Below, one piece after another: positions 17,587-26,860 of a stretch of 28,629 nt of DNA (position 1 is the stretch's first letter; each line of letters opens with the position of its first letter). Source of the stretch: Candidatus Subterrananammoxibius californiae (GTDB lineage Bacteria > Planctomycetota > Brocadiia > Brocadiales > Subterrananammoxibiaceae); the NCBI GenBank assembly GCA_030586555.1, contig JAURAC010000038.1, positions 1 through 28,629 of the forward strand, in the 5' to 3' direction. The notes below the pieces were generated by a model. That model saw nothing but the letters and a program-made list of their open reading frames with translations. It was not told the DNA's origin and ran no database searches. The translations under genes and the position numbers were made by a program.

Positions 17587-20238
17587 ATGAATAGGAAAAG
17601 GATTGTAGTATCTATTTTAGTCGGGGTAATTTGCTCACTTCTAATCGCAGGCTTTATAGTATTTCAGAAATTCTTTTCTCATCAATCTCTCCAAACCAGA
17701 GTGGTGGAATTATTTACCCAGTGTGTTAGGGGTGAAGTGACTGTTGGTCAGGTAGATTTTAATCCCTTTCGTGGCATTACTATCAAAGAGCTTAATATCA
17801 ACGACCCGACCGCAATAAATAAACAGCCCGTACTCAAAGTTTCTGAGATTTTTCTTGAACTTCGTCCTTTACATCTCTTCTGTGGAAGATTTTTGATTAG
17901 AGGAATAACCATCGCTTCACCAGAAGTTTTTATTGCAAAAAATGACAAAGGTGAATGGAACATCCGTGAATTGATAATGCCCAACTTCAAATGGCCATTT
18001 TTACTTGTCAAAGGTTCACTCGAAGATGGGATTGTGATTGAGAATGCAAGGGTAAACTTTCAGGATACAGGAGAAAGGCAACAAGGAAAAGAGGTTTTTT
18101 CCATATCGCCTATCTCCTGTTTCCTGTCTCTTGCGTCCTATCCCCTGGTTTATAATATTTCTGGCAATGTTGATGACAGATTCTGGGGCAATTACAGTTT
18201 TGGTGGCAGGCTTAACTTTAAAGAAGCAAAATTCGATTTAAATGTATCGGCAAGAAATATATTTTTGTATGAGGAACTGGTTAAGAAAATTCCTTCGGTG
18301 GGCGCTAAACTTTGGGATAATATGACACCGTCAGGTAGGGTTGATTTAACCTGCGCAATTAAGTACGATAGTTACGCAGATAAAAAATCCTATTTCAATT
18401 TTGTTGCGGATTTGAAAGATGGTGCATTTAAATTTAAACAATGGCCACTTCCTGTACACGACTTGACGGGTATAGTAGAGTTTTCCGATGGACATCTTTA
18501 TCTTAAAAATCTTAAGGGCAATATTGGCAATTTAGAAGATACTACAGCTATCTCTTTTAATGGAGATATTTGTTTGGATGAGCAGGGTGGTATCCTGACG
18601 GTGGATGTGTCAAACGTGACAGGCACTGAAGAGCTTGTAAAGATGATACCAAAGGTTGGCGATAAGGTCTGGACTAATTATAAACCAACAGGAAGGGTTG
18701 ATGTAAGTGCTACCTGCATTGTAAAAGATAATAAGGTTAAACTTGATAGTGTAACAATAAACCTCAGGGATACAAACGCCACATATATACATTGGCCATT
18801 ACCTGTACACGGCGCCACTGGAAGACTCGAAATTTCCAAAGGCAACCTGTGCATAAAAAAACTTCACGGATATTTGGGTGATGGGCATTCAACATCTCTC
18901 GACCTTCAGGGACAAATCAATCTGAAAGGAACGGATGGAGTATTTAATGTTAATGTTTCAAATATAAATGTAACGGAAAAGATTATACGAATGATTCCTT
19001 CTTTTGGTCAGAGGATATGGACAGAATACATGCCCGAGGGGCGATGCGATGTGGATGTAACGTGTAACGTGAAGGATAAAAAGATTGACTACGATGCAAT
19101 AATTGATTTAAGGGATATGGAATTCCTGTGCGAGCGCTGGCCATTTCCAGTAATTGGAGCAAGTGGCAAAATAGAATACTCCAGAAATAACTTATATTTT
19201 AAAAATGTAAGTGGTTATATGGTTACAGGGATGCTTACAAATGATAAAAATCTTTCTACTGCCCATTTTAACCTTGATGGACTGGTGGACATTACAGCTC
19301 CATCCTGCTTGCTGACATTTGAAACGTCGAACCTTGCTGTTAGTGAGCCTCTTGTCAGAAAGATACCCGGTTTAGGCGATAGGTTGTGGGAGACCCTTAA
19401 GCCGTTAGGTCGAATAGATGTTCGTATGGATTATCGAATTAATGGCAGAAGTAAAAATCCAGAGTTTTATACCGTAATAAATTGCAAAGAGGTTGAAATC
19501 TTATGCGCAAAGCTTCCTGTTCCGGTTTCTAATTTGAGTGGGTTTATAGAAGCTAACGGGAATACGGTATATACCAGAGAACTCAAGGGCAGGACGTGTA
19601 ATGGAGATGTCAGCGCGGTATTAGGATTAGATTTAGGTTCGTCCCCAATTCGATACAAGCTGAAATTGAATTTTACGAATACGGACTTGAGTGAGTTTGT
19701 AAAAGTGGCTCTTAAATTAGATAAGCAATGGTCGGGGTTCATCAGTGGACAGAGCGAGTTCTATTGCCAGGGAAACGGCACTGCAACTATGAGTGGGAAT
19801 GGCGAGATAAATTTGCGTGAGGGCAATATCTTTGACATGCCTATAATTTTAAGCCTTTTTAAGGTATTAAATCTGTCATTGCCAGCGAAGGATATATTCC
19901 ACACAGCTCATGTGGAGTATACTATGGGAAATGGCGTTGTCCACATTGAAAAGGCAAACCTTGTCAGCGATACTGTGGAAATTAGTGGAACAGGGGATGT
20001 CAACCTGGATGGAAGAATTGATATGCTGGCTATTGTAGTATTCAAAGACACCTCTTTTTTGAGTGGAATTCCTATAATTGGTGATGTGAAGGATTTTCTT
20101 ATCGGTGGAATTGTAAGGCGGCTAACGAAGTTTGAAATAAAGGGTACCGTTATGGACCCAAAGACCAATACCGTTTCTCTCGAGGCATTAAAGCATCCTT
20201 CCGTTAAAAACGTGTTTGAACTGCTAAAGAGCGAATAA
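17587..20238 (+). CDS. AsmA-like (TamB/YhdP superfamily) envelope protein
   Basis: N-terminal TM anchor, WNI motif, repeated beta-rich modules and an AsmA_2-like C-terminus (GTGDVNL, IPIIG, IKGT..DP). ATG 17587; the ORF track starts at 17575. Confidence 0.8.
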   Translation: MNRKRIVVSILVGVICSLLIAGFIVFQKFFSHQSLQTRVVELFTQCVRGEVTVGQVDFNPFRGITIKELNINDPTAINKQPVLKVSEIFLELRPLHLFCGRFLIRGITIASPEVFIAKNDKGEWNIRELIMPNFKWPFLLVKGSLEDGIVIENARVNFQDTGERQQGKEVFSISPISCFLSLASYPLVYNISGNVDDRFWGNYSFGGRLNFKEAKFDLNVSARNIFLYEELVKKIPSVGAKLWDNMTPSGRVDLTCAIKYDSYADKKSYFNFVADLKDGAFKFKQWPLPVHDLTGIVEFSDGHLYLKNLKGNIGNLEDTTAISFNGDICLDEQGGILTVDVSNVTGTEELVKMIPKVGDKVWTNYKPTGRVDVSATCIVKDNKVKLDSVTINLRDTNATYIHWPLPVHGATGRLEISKGNLCIKKLHGYLGDGHSTSLDLQGQINLKGTDGVFNVNVSNINVTEKIIRMIPSFGQRIWTEYMPEGRCDVDVTCNVKDKKIDYDAIIDLRDMEFLCERWPFPVIGASGKIEYSRNNLYFKNVSGYMVTGMLTNDKNLSTAHFNLDGLVDITAPSCLLTFETSNLAVSEPLVRKIPGLGDRLWETLKPLGRIDVRMDYRINGRSKNPEFYTVINCKEVEILCAKLPVPVSNLSGFIEANGNTVYTRELKGRTCNGDVSAVLGLDLGSSPIRYKLKLNFTNTDLSEFVKVALKLDKQWSGFISGQSEFYCQGNGTATMSGNGEINLREGNIFDMPIILSLFKVLNLSLPAKDIFHTAHVEYTMGNGVVHIEKANLVSDTVEISGTGDVNLDGRIDMLAIVVFKDTSFLSGIPIIGDVKDFLIGGIVRRLTKFEIKGTVMDPKTNTVSLEALKHPSVKNVFELLKSE

Positions 20239-20522
20239 AAAAGAATGAATATCAAGCCCCCTTTCCCGCACTTGACTGTCTTTATTTGGACCATTCCTTG
20301 ACAGTGCAATTTATACCATAATTTTTTACAATTGCACAGTAAAATGTTTAAAGTTTTCTTGTCAACTGGAGATTGTGGCATGTGCAAATAAGGGGGGTGC
20401 GTCTTTTATTTTGACTTATTTTCTTTGAAAACAGTAAGCCAAAAATGTTGGGGAAAAGAAAGCAAGTTGACCATCCGCCGAAGCGGGGGTGCCTTGAATT
20501 GCTTTTTACTCTTTTTGATTCA

Positions 20523-21527
20523 CTAATGAACGGCTAAAGCCTTAGCCCCGGCGAGGGTTTCATCAGACTTGGAGGTCTTCATACTCAGAGAAGTATCCTT
20601 TCTTCTATCCTTGAGATACTTGCTGCCAGGAAGTTTTTTGATATAGTTTTTAAGTTCGCTTGCGGCTTTGCTTATCTGACCATGATGGGTGAAATTTCTC
20701 CCTTCATTGGTAACAACGGCTATAGAGAGGGTCATAAAGGGCAATTCTTGCACAGTTCCCTGTCTTGTCTTAGTTACAATGTAACCTCTTTCAGCATCTT
20801 CTTCATCGTAAAGCGAAGGAACCATTTCGTCAAATTTTTCAATAATATAAGAGCAGAATAAATCTACCCTGTCAGGCGTTGTTATAATGACAAAGTCATC
20901 GCCACCGATATGACCTACAAAGTGGTCTTGTCGTGCATAATTGTACTGCCGAATAATTGTTGAAATAATATTGGCGGTCATCCTTATTGCGGTATCACCA
21001 CGTTCATAGCCGTAGTAGTCATTAAACGGTTTGAAATTGTCAATATCAACATGACATACTGCAAGAGGTACGTTTTCTTCGATCCGCTTGGTAATTTCCA
21101 TTTCTATCATAACATTGCCCGGGAGGCGACTCAAAGGGTTAGAATTAATTGCTTGTTTAGTGCGTCTTACAATCCCGTTTATTCTCGCAATCAGTTCTTC
21201 TGGATAAAAAGGTTTAACAATATAGTCATCCGCACCGCCATTTATTGCCTCAATCTTCTTCTTCATGGCATCCATTGTTGTAACAATTATAATCGCCAGG
21301 TTATTTAAAATAATGTCATTCTTGATTCTCTCACAGGTGGTAATAGGATTAAGACCTTTTATTTCCAGGTCGCCGATGAGCACATCTGGTTTTTTCTCAT
21401 AAGCTATATTGAAGAGCTCCTGTTCACTATAAGCTTCTAACACCTCGTAACCTTGCGCAACTAAGAATTCCTTTAAATATATTGGCATAGAATCAACCAG
21501 TAAAATCCTGATATCGCTATAAGCCAT
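20523..21527 (-). CDS. Response regulator receiver + GGDEF-domain protein
   Basis: REC domain (GADDYIVKPF), NPLSRLPGN, DIDNFKPFNDYYG and GHIGGDDF. Confidence 0.93.
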   Translation of the reverse strand: MAYSDIRILLVDSMPIYLKEFLVAQGYEVLEAYSEQELFNIAYEKKPDVLIGDLEIKGLNPITTCERIKNDIILNNLAIIIVTTMDAMKKKIEAINGGADDYIVKPFYPEELIARINGIVRRTKQAINSNPLSRLPGNVMIEMEITKRIEENVPLAVCHVDIDNFKPFNDYYGYERGDTAIRMTANIISTIIRQYNYARQDHFVGHIGGDDFVIITTPDRVDLFCSYIIEKFDEMVPSLYDEEDAERGYIVTKTRQGTVQELPFMTLSIAVVTNEGRNFTHHGQISKAASELKNYIKKLPGSKYLKDRRKDTSLSMKTSKSDETLAGAKALAVH

Positions 21528-21758
21528 CTGTAAGTTCCTCTATAAAAGGGATTTTGAAAAGGTATTAACGTCTCTGTGGGAGGAATTTAGCAAAACTCAT
21601 GCCTGAGGAATTAGCTTTTGCTTAATTCACTACAACTATAGTGCTTGCAGCTATTTACAAATGTGAAGTAAATAGTGTTGATGATGTTGTTTGTTCAAAA
21701 ATTGAACAAATGTGCCCAACGGAATAGAATTTTTTTCCTTTGTACAGTTGCAGCAACA

Positions 21759-21816
21759 GTAGAGGCGTATTGTTCGCTTCGGCAAATCTGCCTCAGGAAC
21801 GACAATACGCCCCTAC
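21759..21816. repeat. GTAG-type REP with a nested insert
   Basis: GTAGAGGCGTATTG...CAATACGCCCCTAC enclosing CTTCGGCAA..GCCTCAGG. Confidence 0.75.
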
Positions 21817-21829
21817 AACAAGACTTTTT

Positions 21830-22147
21830 TTAATATCTTCTTCTTTTTTCACCGCCACCGCCGCCACCGCCGCCAAATCTCCGTCCGCCGCCCTTTCGCT
21901 CCTCAGTTCTTGCTTCGTTCACAACAATTTGTCTATCACCGAGCGTCTGACCGTTTAGCTGCTTCACGGCTTCCTCGGCCTCTTGCTGACTGGACATCTC
22001 AACAAAACCAAACCCCCGCGGTTGACCTGAATACTTGTCAGTTATAATACTGACAGATTCAACCTTTCCTACCTTACCAAAAAATTCCTCTAACGTCTCT
22101 TTAGTTACTGAATAGGAAAGATTTCCCACATACAATTTACGTCCCAT
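21830..22147 (-). CDS. RRM-domain RNA-binding protein with a Gly-rich tail
   Basis: KLYVGNL (RNP2) and RGFGFVEM (RNP1); ATG 22147 follows AAGGGGA. Confidence 0.95.
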   Translation of the reverse strand: MGRKLYVGNLSYSVTKETLEEFFGKVGKVESVSIITDKYSGQPRGFGFVEMSSQQEAEEAVKQLNGQTLGDRQIVVNEARTEERKGGGRRFGGGGGGGGEKRRRY

Positions 22148-22277
22148 ATAACGTCCCCTTTCTATCCAAATGACAAAATATCCCTTTAAAAGGTAAAGCC
22201 CCATTGGCCAGGGAATGTCCGCCCAAATAATGGCGGACTCGCCATCTTTTGAGCGAGCTTTTGGGGGTTACGGTAAG

Positions 22278-22303
22278 GCTTCTACCTGAACTCAGCCGAA
22301 GAT
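22278..22303. repeat. CTTCGG..CTGAGCTCAG..CCGAAG family palindrome, intergenic copy
   Basis: 23/26 identical to 23170-23195 inside purC. Confidence 0.8.
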
Positions 22304-22320
22304 TAATCAATTACTAATAG

Positions 22321-22349
22321 ATAGTATGATATAATAGAGTCATTGTCAA
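22321..22349 (-). promoter_or_regulatory. Sigma70-like promoter for the RRM gene
   Basis: On the minus strand: TTGACA-17 nt-TACTAT. Confidence 0.6.
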
Positions 22350-22514
22350 ACAAAATAACCTTTGGTGATATAAAATTTATCTACGATCTTTCTAAATGCA
22401 GTTGACATTTTTGCAAATTATTTGACTTGTGGCATCCGATATATTATATCTATAGCGAGCTTTACCGGAAGTGCCGAGGAAACATTAAAGACTTTAAGTG
22501 CAGCCATCCAGATA

Positions 22515-23435
22515 ATGAAAAACATAAACGTAGTGATTAACACTGATATTCCTGAACTTTCTCTGTTCAACCGGGGAAAGGTAAGGGACATATACGAAGT
22601 TGGAAAGAATCTCCTCATCGTTACAACAGACCGAATCTCGGCATTTGATTCTGTCCTTCCTAACGGCATACCCTACAAGGGGAAAGCGCTAACTTTGCTA
22701 TCCAAGTTCTGGTTTAACTACACATCTGCTTTAGCTGAAAATCACCTCATAACTACCGATATTAAAAAAGCAGTCAAACTGCCAGAAAAATACGTTGAGA
22801 TGCTTTCTGGTCGTTCGATGCTTGTTAAAAAGGCAAAGGTAATCCCCATCGAATGCGTTGTACGAGGGTATCTTGCTGGTTCTGCATGGAAGGAATACAA
22901 AGAAGGTGGCTCGGTATGTGGCATTAAATTATCGTCGGGCTTAAAAGAGTGTGACGGATTAGCCGAACCCATTTTCACCCCTGCAATCAAGGCAACATCA
23001 GGGCACGATGTGAACATCTCTTATGCAGAGGCATCAGAGATGGTTGGGGAAGAAGTCATAAGTAAACTTCGAGAAAGAAGTATCGCCATTTATAAAAAAG
23101 CCTGCGATTACGCCATTAAAAGAGGAATCATAATAAGCGATACCAAATTTGAGTGGGGCATGCTCGATAGCTTCGGCCTGAGCTCAGCCGAAGATAGAAT
23201 AATCTTGATAGACGAACTCCTCACCCCGGATTCCTCACGTTTCTGGCCACTTGAGGGCTATACTCCAGGAAGGGCACAACCTTCCTTCGATAAACAATTT
23301 GTGCGTGATTATCTTGAAAAGATTGGCTGGGATAAGAATCCACCAGCCCCACCTCTTCCTGATGAAATAGTTCAAAAAACCTCGGAAAAATACATCCAAG
23401 CATACAGGATGCTAACAGGTAAAAAACTTATTTGA
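22515..23435 (+). CDS. purC: SAICAR synthetase
   Basis: RGKVRDIY, DRISAFD, ECVVRGYLAGS, DTKFE, DELLTPDSSRFW and SFDKQFVRD motifs. Likely start is ATG 22515; the ORF track extends it to 22422. Confidence 0.97.
   Translation: MKNINVVINTDIPELSLFNRGKVRDIYEVGKNLLIVTTDRISAFDSVLPNGIPYKGKALTLLSKFWFNYTSALAENHLITTDIKKAVKLPEKYVEMLSGRSMLVKKAKVIPIECVVRGYLAGSAWKEYKEGGSVCGIKLSSGLKECDGLAEPIFTPAIKATSGHDVNISYAEASEMVGEEVISKLRERSIAIYKKACDYAIKRGIIISDTKFEWGMLDSFGLSSAEDRIILIDELLTPDSSRFWPLEGYTPGRAQPSFDKQFVRDYLEKIGWDKNPPAPPLPDEIVQKTSEKYIQAYRMLTGKKLI
23171..23193. repeat. Palindromic element in-frame inside purC
   Basis: CTTCGG-C-CTGAGCTCAG-CCGAAG; GATAG occurs at 23166-23170 and again at 23193-23197. Confidence 0.8.
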
Positions 23436-23447
23436 CACACAGTTCGT

Positions 23448-23475
23448 TTGCAAATCTAAAATAATGTGGTATACT
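23448..23475 (+). promoter_or_regulatory. Sigma70-like promoter for the small ORF
   Basis: TTGCAA-16 nt-TATACT with an extended -10 TG. Confidence 0.55.
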
Positions 23476-23530
23476 TTAAGTGGTGAAAATCGCCATATTA
23501 AAAAGTCTTGCAAATAATTAAAAGGAGGTA

Positions 23531-23656
23531 ATGGCGATGAAGAAGATACGCTCATATCTGGATTATTTTGAAATAGAGGCGGGGTTGTGGAACCGGCTTA
23601 TCTTTTATGCGATACTCATAACTCTCCTCTGTTACTTCATTTTGAGGGGTTTTTAA
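23531..23656 (+). CDS. Small 41-aa single-TM membrane protein, absent from the ORF track
   Basis: AAAGGAGGTA RBS directly upstream (alternative ATG 23537). Sequence MAMKKIRSYLDYFEIEAGLWNRLIFYAILITLLCYFILRGF*. Confidence 0.65.
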   Translation: MAMKKIRSYLDYFEIEAGLWNRLIFYAILITLLCYFILRGF

Positions 23657-23824
23657 TTGTTCATCTTTACAATAGAATCGAAGATTTTTGCTGTCTTTCG
23701 CAAGGAATCGAAGGTGGACGGTAGGGTGTGATTTCACCCTAATTATCCGTAAATATGCGGAACGTTTTTAGTTTATCCTAACCACCTTCGATTCCTTTTA
23801 TTATTGGGGCTGCATTTTTTTTAC

Positions 23825-23852
23825 TTGACAACCTTGCCTTTTCTGTTATTAT
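23825..23852 (+). promoter_or_regulatory. Sigma70-like promoter for cspA, implying a ~170-nt 5' UTR
   Basis: TTGACA-16 nt-TATTAT with an extended -10 TG. Confidence 0.6.
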
Positions 23853-24032
23853 AGAAGCATAATAAACCGATGCAGTCAAGCCGTTAGCCGTTTGTTTCTG
23901 AATACACATTATAAAGACGTGTTTAAGACCACAAAGGCCGTTAATGGTTTTTGTGGTTTTTTTATTTTTAAGCCCAATACCCTGCGTGGTAAAGGGATGT
24001 CTCTTTGTTAGCACCATAAGGGGGTGATTTAA

Positions 24033-24233
24033 TTGCCTACAGGTACCGTTAAGTGGTTCAATGACAGTAAAGGGTTTGGGTTCATTACCCAGGATGATGG
24101 CGATGACGTGTTTGTCCATCACTCAGCTATTAAGAGTGAGGGATACAGGTCATTAGCTCCTGGCGATAAGGTTGAATTTGAAACAACCACTGACACAAAA
24201 GGTCCGAGAGCCTCAAACGTAGTCAAACTATAA
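24033..24233 (+). CDS. cspA: Cold-shock protein
   Basis: [15 protein letters not shown] and [12 protein letters not shown] start. Confidence 0.97.
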   Translation: MPTGTVKWFNDSKGFGFITQDDGDDVFVHHSAIKSEGYRSLAPGDKVEFETTTDTKGPRASNVVKL

Positions 24234-24324
24234 AAATTGTTCGTTGACTCATATTTCTGCACCACCGTTAGATTAGACGTGTATCGAACAGGCGCTCAAG
24301 TGTGAATCATAAAGAAGAATGAAG

Positions 24325-24349
24325 CAATGTCCGCCTTAGGCTGACATTG
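24325..24349. repeat. GTCCGCC-TTA-GGCGGAC family palindrome
   Basis: CAATGTCCGCCTTAGGCTGACATTG; relatives at 22217-22238 and 27814-27830. Confidence 0.65.
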
Positions 24350-24362
24350 TGGGTTTGACGTC

Positions 24363-24430
24363 AAATCCCCAACCCCCTTCCTTCCCTACCCACATGATGG
24401 GTAGGGTTAGGGAGAGGGCACGGGGATTTT
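24363..24430. repeat. Nested hairpin (AAATCCCC...CCCTACCCA-N5-TGGGTAGGG...GGGGATTT), REP-like or terminator
   Basis: Nested inverted repeats followed by a T-run. Confidence 0.55.
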
Positions 24431-24584
24431 TATTTCTAAATCCTCAATAAGACAATTTGAGTGAAATTTCCCAAATACGATTATAGTTGATTTTCGTAGT
24501 TGTTTTCCCTAAAATATATCTCAAGCTAACAAGCTGGCAGGCTTGTTAGCCGTATTGATTTTTAATAAGAAGGTAGGTGGGTAA

Positions 24585-25991
24585 GTGAATAAGTGGTTTA
24601 TTTTAGTTGTAGTGGTGTTTAGTTTGTTATTGGTGAGCATTGTTTCAGCAGAGCAAACTACGGAGTCTTTGTCAAATACCAAGAAGTGTCCTAAATGTAA
24701 TACCCTATATGCAGAAGGAACCATCTTTTGTGTGAATGATGGCGAAGAACTTGTTAAGGTAGAACCTGATTTGATTTGTCCTGAGTGTAAACAAAAAGGG
24801 CAGCCCGGGGATGAATTCTGTAAGTTACATGGGAAAAAATTGATACCTGCGCCTACCGTTGGGGTGGAAGTTGAACAACCTCTGAGTGAAAAGGAACTGC
24901 TCATCGAACAAGCAAAAAAGTATATAGAAAAGGCAAAGGCTCTCAAAGAAGATGCAGCCTTCGAGGCGGCATTTAGCGAATATGAAAAGGCAGAAAAGCT
25001 ATATCCAGACCTTGCAAACCTTCAGTATGACCTCGGCGGTGTTTGCTGGCAGCTCGGAAAGAAAAAGGAAGCGCTCCAGCACCTTGAAAAGTGCCTTAAA
25101 CTGACTCCGCCTAACTCAAAAGAAAGAGTCAAGGTAGAAGAATACATAAGTAAGTTGGAAAGTGTTGAGTTGGGATTTACAAAAGAAGAAAAAACACAAC
25201 GTAAAGAGGAACGAGAGGCTGAAAGAGCAGAAACAATGAAGAAAGCTCTCGTAGAAATAAAGCAAAAGTGCGATACGGGCTTAGTGCCTGCAGGTACGTT
25301 TACAATGGGAAGTACGTTTGATGAGTTTAATGAGGAAGAAAAGCCAGCGCATGAGGTCTATCTTGACGCTTTTTATATTGACAAATATGAGGTTACTAAT
25401 TCCCAGTATTGGGAATTCTTAGAATACATCAGGGAAACCGGTGACCATAGTAAGTGCTACATGGACGAACCTAAAAGCAAAGACCACAAACCTGATAAAT
25501 GGTACGAGGACAGGTACTATGACCATCCTGATTTTCCTGTGATACGGGTAGATTGGTACGATGCATACGCATACGCCGCATGGGCAGGGAAGCGGCTACC
25601 GACGGAGGCTGAATGGGAGAAGGCCGCAAGAGGTACTGATGGAAGAAGGTTCCCGTGGGGCAACGTGTGGGATATAAAGAGATGCAATGTTGGCAGTAAA
25701 GGGTCGCTAACAATAGGTAGTTATGAATCTGGCAAGAGTGTGTACGGCTGTTACGATACGGTAGGGAGTGTATCTGAATGGTGTTTTGACTGGTATTATG
25801 CAGACTATTATGCCGAAAGCTCACGTTCGAATCCAAAAGGGCCGGAAGTTTCTACTGGAAAGAGGGTAATTCGCGGCGGTTCCCTATTTGCAAATAACGT
25901 TTATCAAATGAGATGCGCCAGGCGTTCTAATGGTAAACCCGGTGAGCGAAATCGAAGCGTCGGATTCCGTTGTGCTGCTGACGCAAAGTAA
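24585..25991 (+). CDS. Secreted FGE-sulfatase (SUMF1/EgtB/PvdO-like) domain protein with N-terminal zinc ribbons and TPRs
   Basis: Signal peptide; CPKC..C and CPEC..C.xH; TPR; FTMGS, KYEVTN, RLPTEAEWEKAARG, RGGS and GFRC motifs. Confidence 0.92.
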   Translation: MNKWFILVVVVFSLLLVSIVSAEQTTESLSNTKKCPKCNTLYAEGTIFCVNDGEELVKVEPDLICPECKQKGQPGDEFCKLHGKKLIPAPTVGVEVEQPLSEKELLIEQAKKYIEKAKALKEDAAFEAAFSEYEKAEKLYPDLANLQYDLGGVCWQLGKKKEALQHLEKCLKLTPPNSKERVKVEEYISKLESVELGFTKEEKTQRKEEREAERAETMKKALVEIKQKCDTGLVPAGTFTMGSTFDEFNEEEKPAHEVYLDAFYIDKYEVTNSQYWEFLEYIRETGDHSKCYMDEPKSKDHKPDKWYEDRYYDHPDFPVIRVDWYDAYAYAAWAGKRLPTEAEWEKAARGTDGRRFPWGNVWDIKRCNVGSKGSLTIGSYESGKSVYGCYDTVGSVSEWCFDWYYADYYAESSRSNPKGPEVSTGKRVIRGGSLFANNVYQMRCARRSNGKPGERNRSVGFRCAADAK

Positions 25992-26070
25992 GAGCTACCA
26001 ACCTCTTACCTTTTTTTTAAAAAAGTAAGTTGTTTCGCTCAAGAAAGTAATCCGTAAAAGGAGGAATTGG

Positions 26071-26847
26071 GTGGTAAGATATACTTTTATAATTAATCGG
26101 CTAAATTCTTTGTTAGTACCCTTTTTAACATTGTTACTGATATTTGCTGGCTGTGCCTCTACTAAAAAACAAGCAGAAGTTGATTCATCCTTGGGGGAGA
26201 ATACAGAGATTTCTGAAATGCCTATTAAAACGGAAGTCTCAGACCTTATATTGGGCCCAGGTGATGAGATTGAAATACTTGTGTGGCGTAATAATGATTT
26301 AGATAGAACAATAAAGGTGATACCACCCGGCAGGTATTATTATCCTCTCGTTGGAGAAATTAAAACAATGGGGATTGGGGTATTCCAGTTGAGGGATGAG
26401 ATCGCTGAAAAGCTATCAAAGTATATAAAAGACCCACAGGTGAGCATAACAATTAAGTCAGTTGAGAGCCATAAGTTTTTTATTTTAGGAGAGGTAAATC
26501 ATCCGGGTATTTTCCCGGTAGATAGCGTTCCCACAGCTCTCCAAGCCATAACTGCTGCAGGTGGAGTAAATGCGGATGCAAAATTAAATAGCGTTTTACT
26601 TGTCAGGGGAAATCCAAATAAACCAGAGTTGCGGAAGCTAAATCTGGAAGTTGCGTTAAAAGAGAATAATTTCCGGGATAACGTTGTGCTTCAACACGGT
26701 GACATGCTTTATGTTCCCACTGTACCTATAGCCGATGTAGAAAGGTTCTTCGAACGTTTACATGCAATTATGGGACCATTTGTTGATGCTGCGACTTTCT
26801 ATGATAGGGCAATTCGAAAGACTGCTGGACGAGGAACATTCAGGTAA
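26071..26847 (+). CDS. Polysaccharide export lipoprotein (Wza/SLBB)
   Basis: Lipobox FAGC; LGPGDEIEI, PLVGEI, GEVNHPG, AITAAGG and GDMLYVP motifs. Confidence 0.92.
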   Translation: MVRYTFIINRLNSLLVPFLTLLLIFAGCASTKKQAEVDSSLGENTEISEMPIKTEVSDLILGPGDEIEILVWRNNDLDRTIKVIPPGRYYYPLVGEIKTMGIGVFQLRDEIAEKLSKYIKDPQVSITIKSVESHKFFILGEVNHPGIFPVDSVPTALQAITAAGGVNADAKLNSVLLVRGNPNKPELRKLNLEVALKENNFRDNVVLQHGDMLYVPTVPIADVERFFERLHAIMGPFVDAATFYDRAIRKTAGRGTFR

Positions 26848-26860
26848 GCTGACAAATGAC

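Noticed and set aside
21690..21710. Palindrome TTTGTTCA-N5-TGAACAAA as a third copy of the 27-bp site
   Set aside because: The spacer is 5 nt, not 11, and no cassette is nearby; it is more likely an operator for the GGDEF gene.
22422..22514. purC N-terminal extension, or a purine/ZTP riboswitch
   Set aside because: The TTG coincides with a -35-like TTGACT, and no purine or pfl riboswitch consensus could be matched.
23552..24122. Minus-strand ORFs of 61 and 114 aa
   Set aside because: They are antisense to the better-supported small ORF and to cspA, with no RBS or recognisable motifs.
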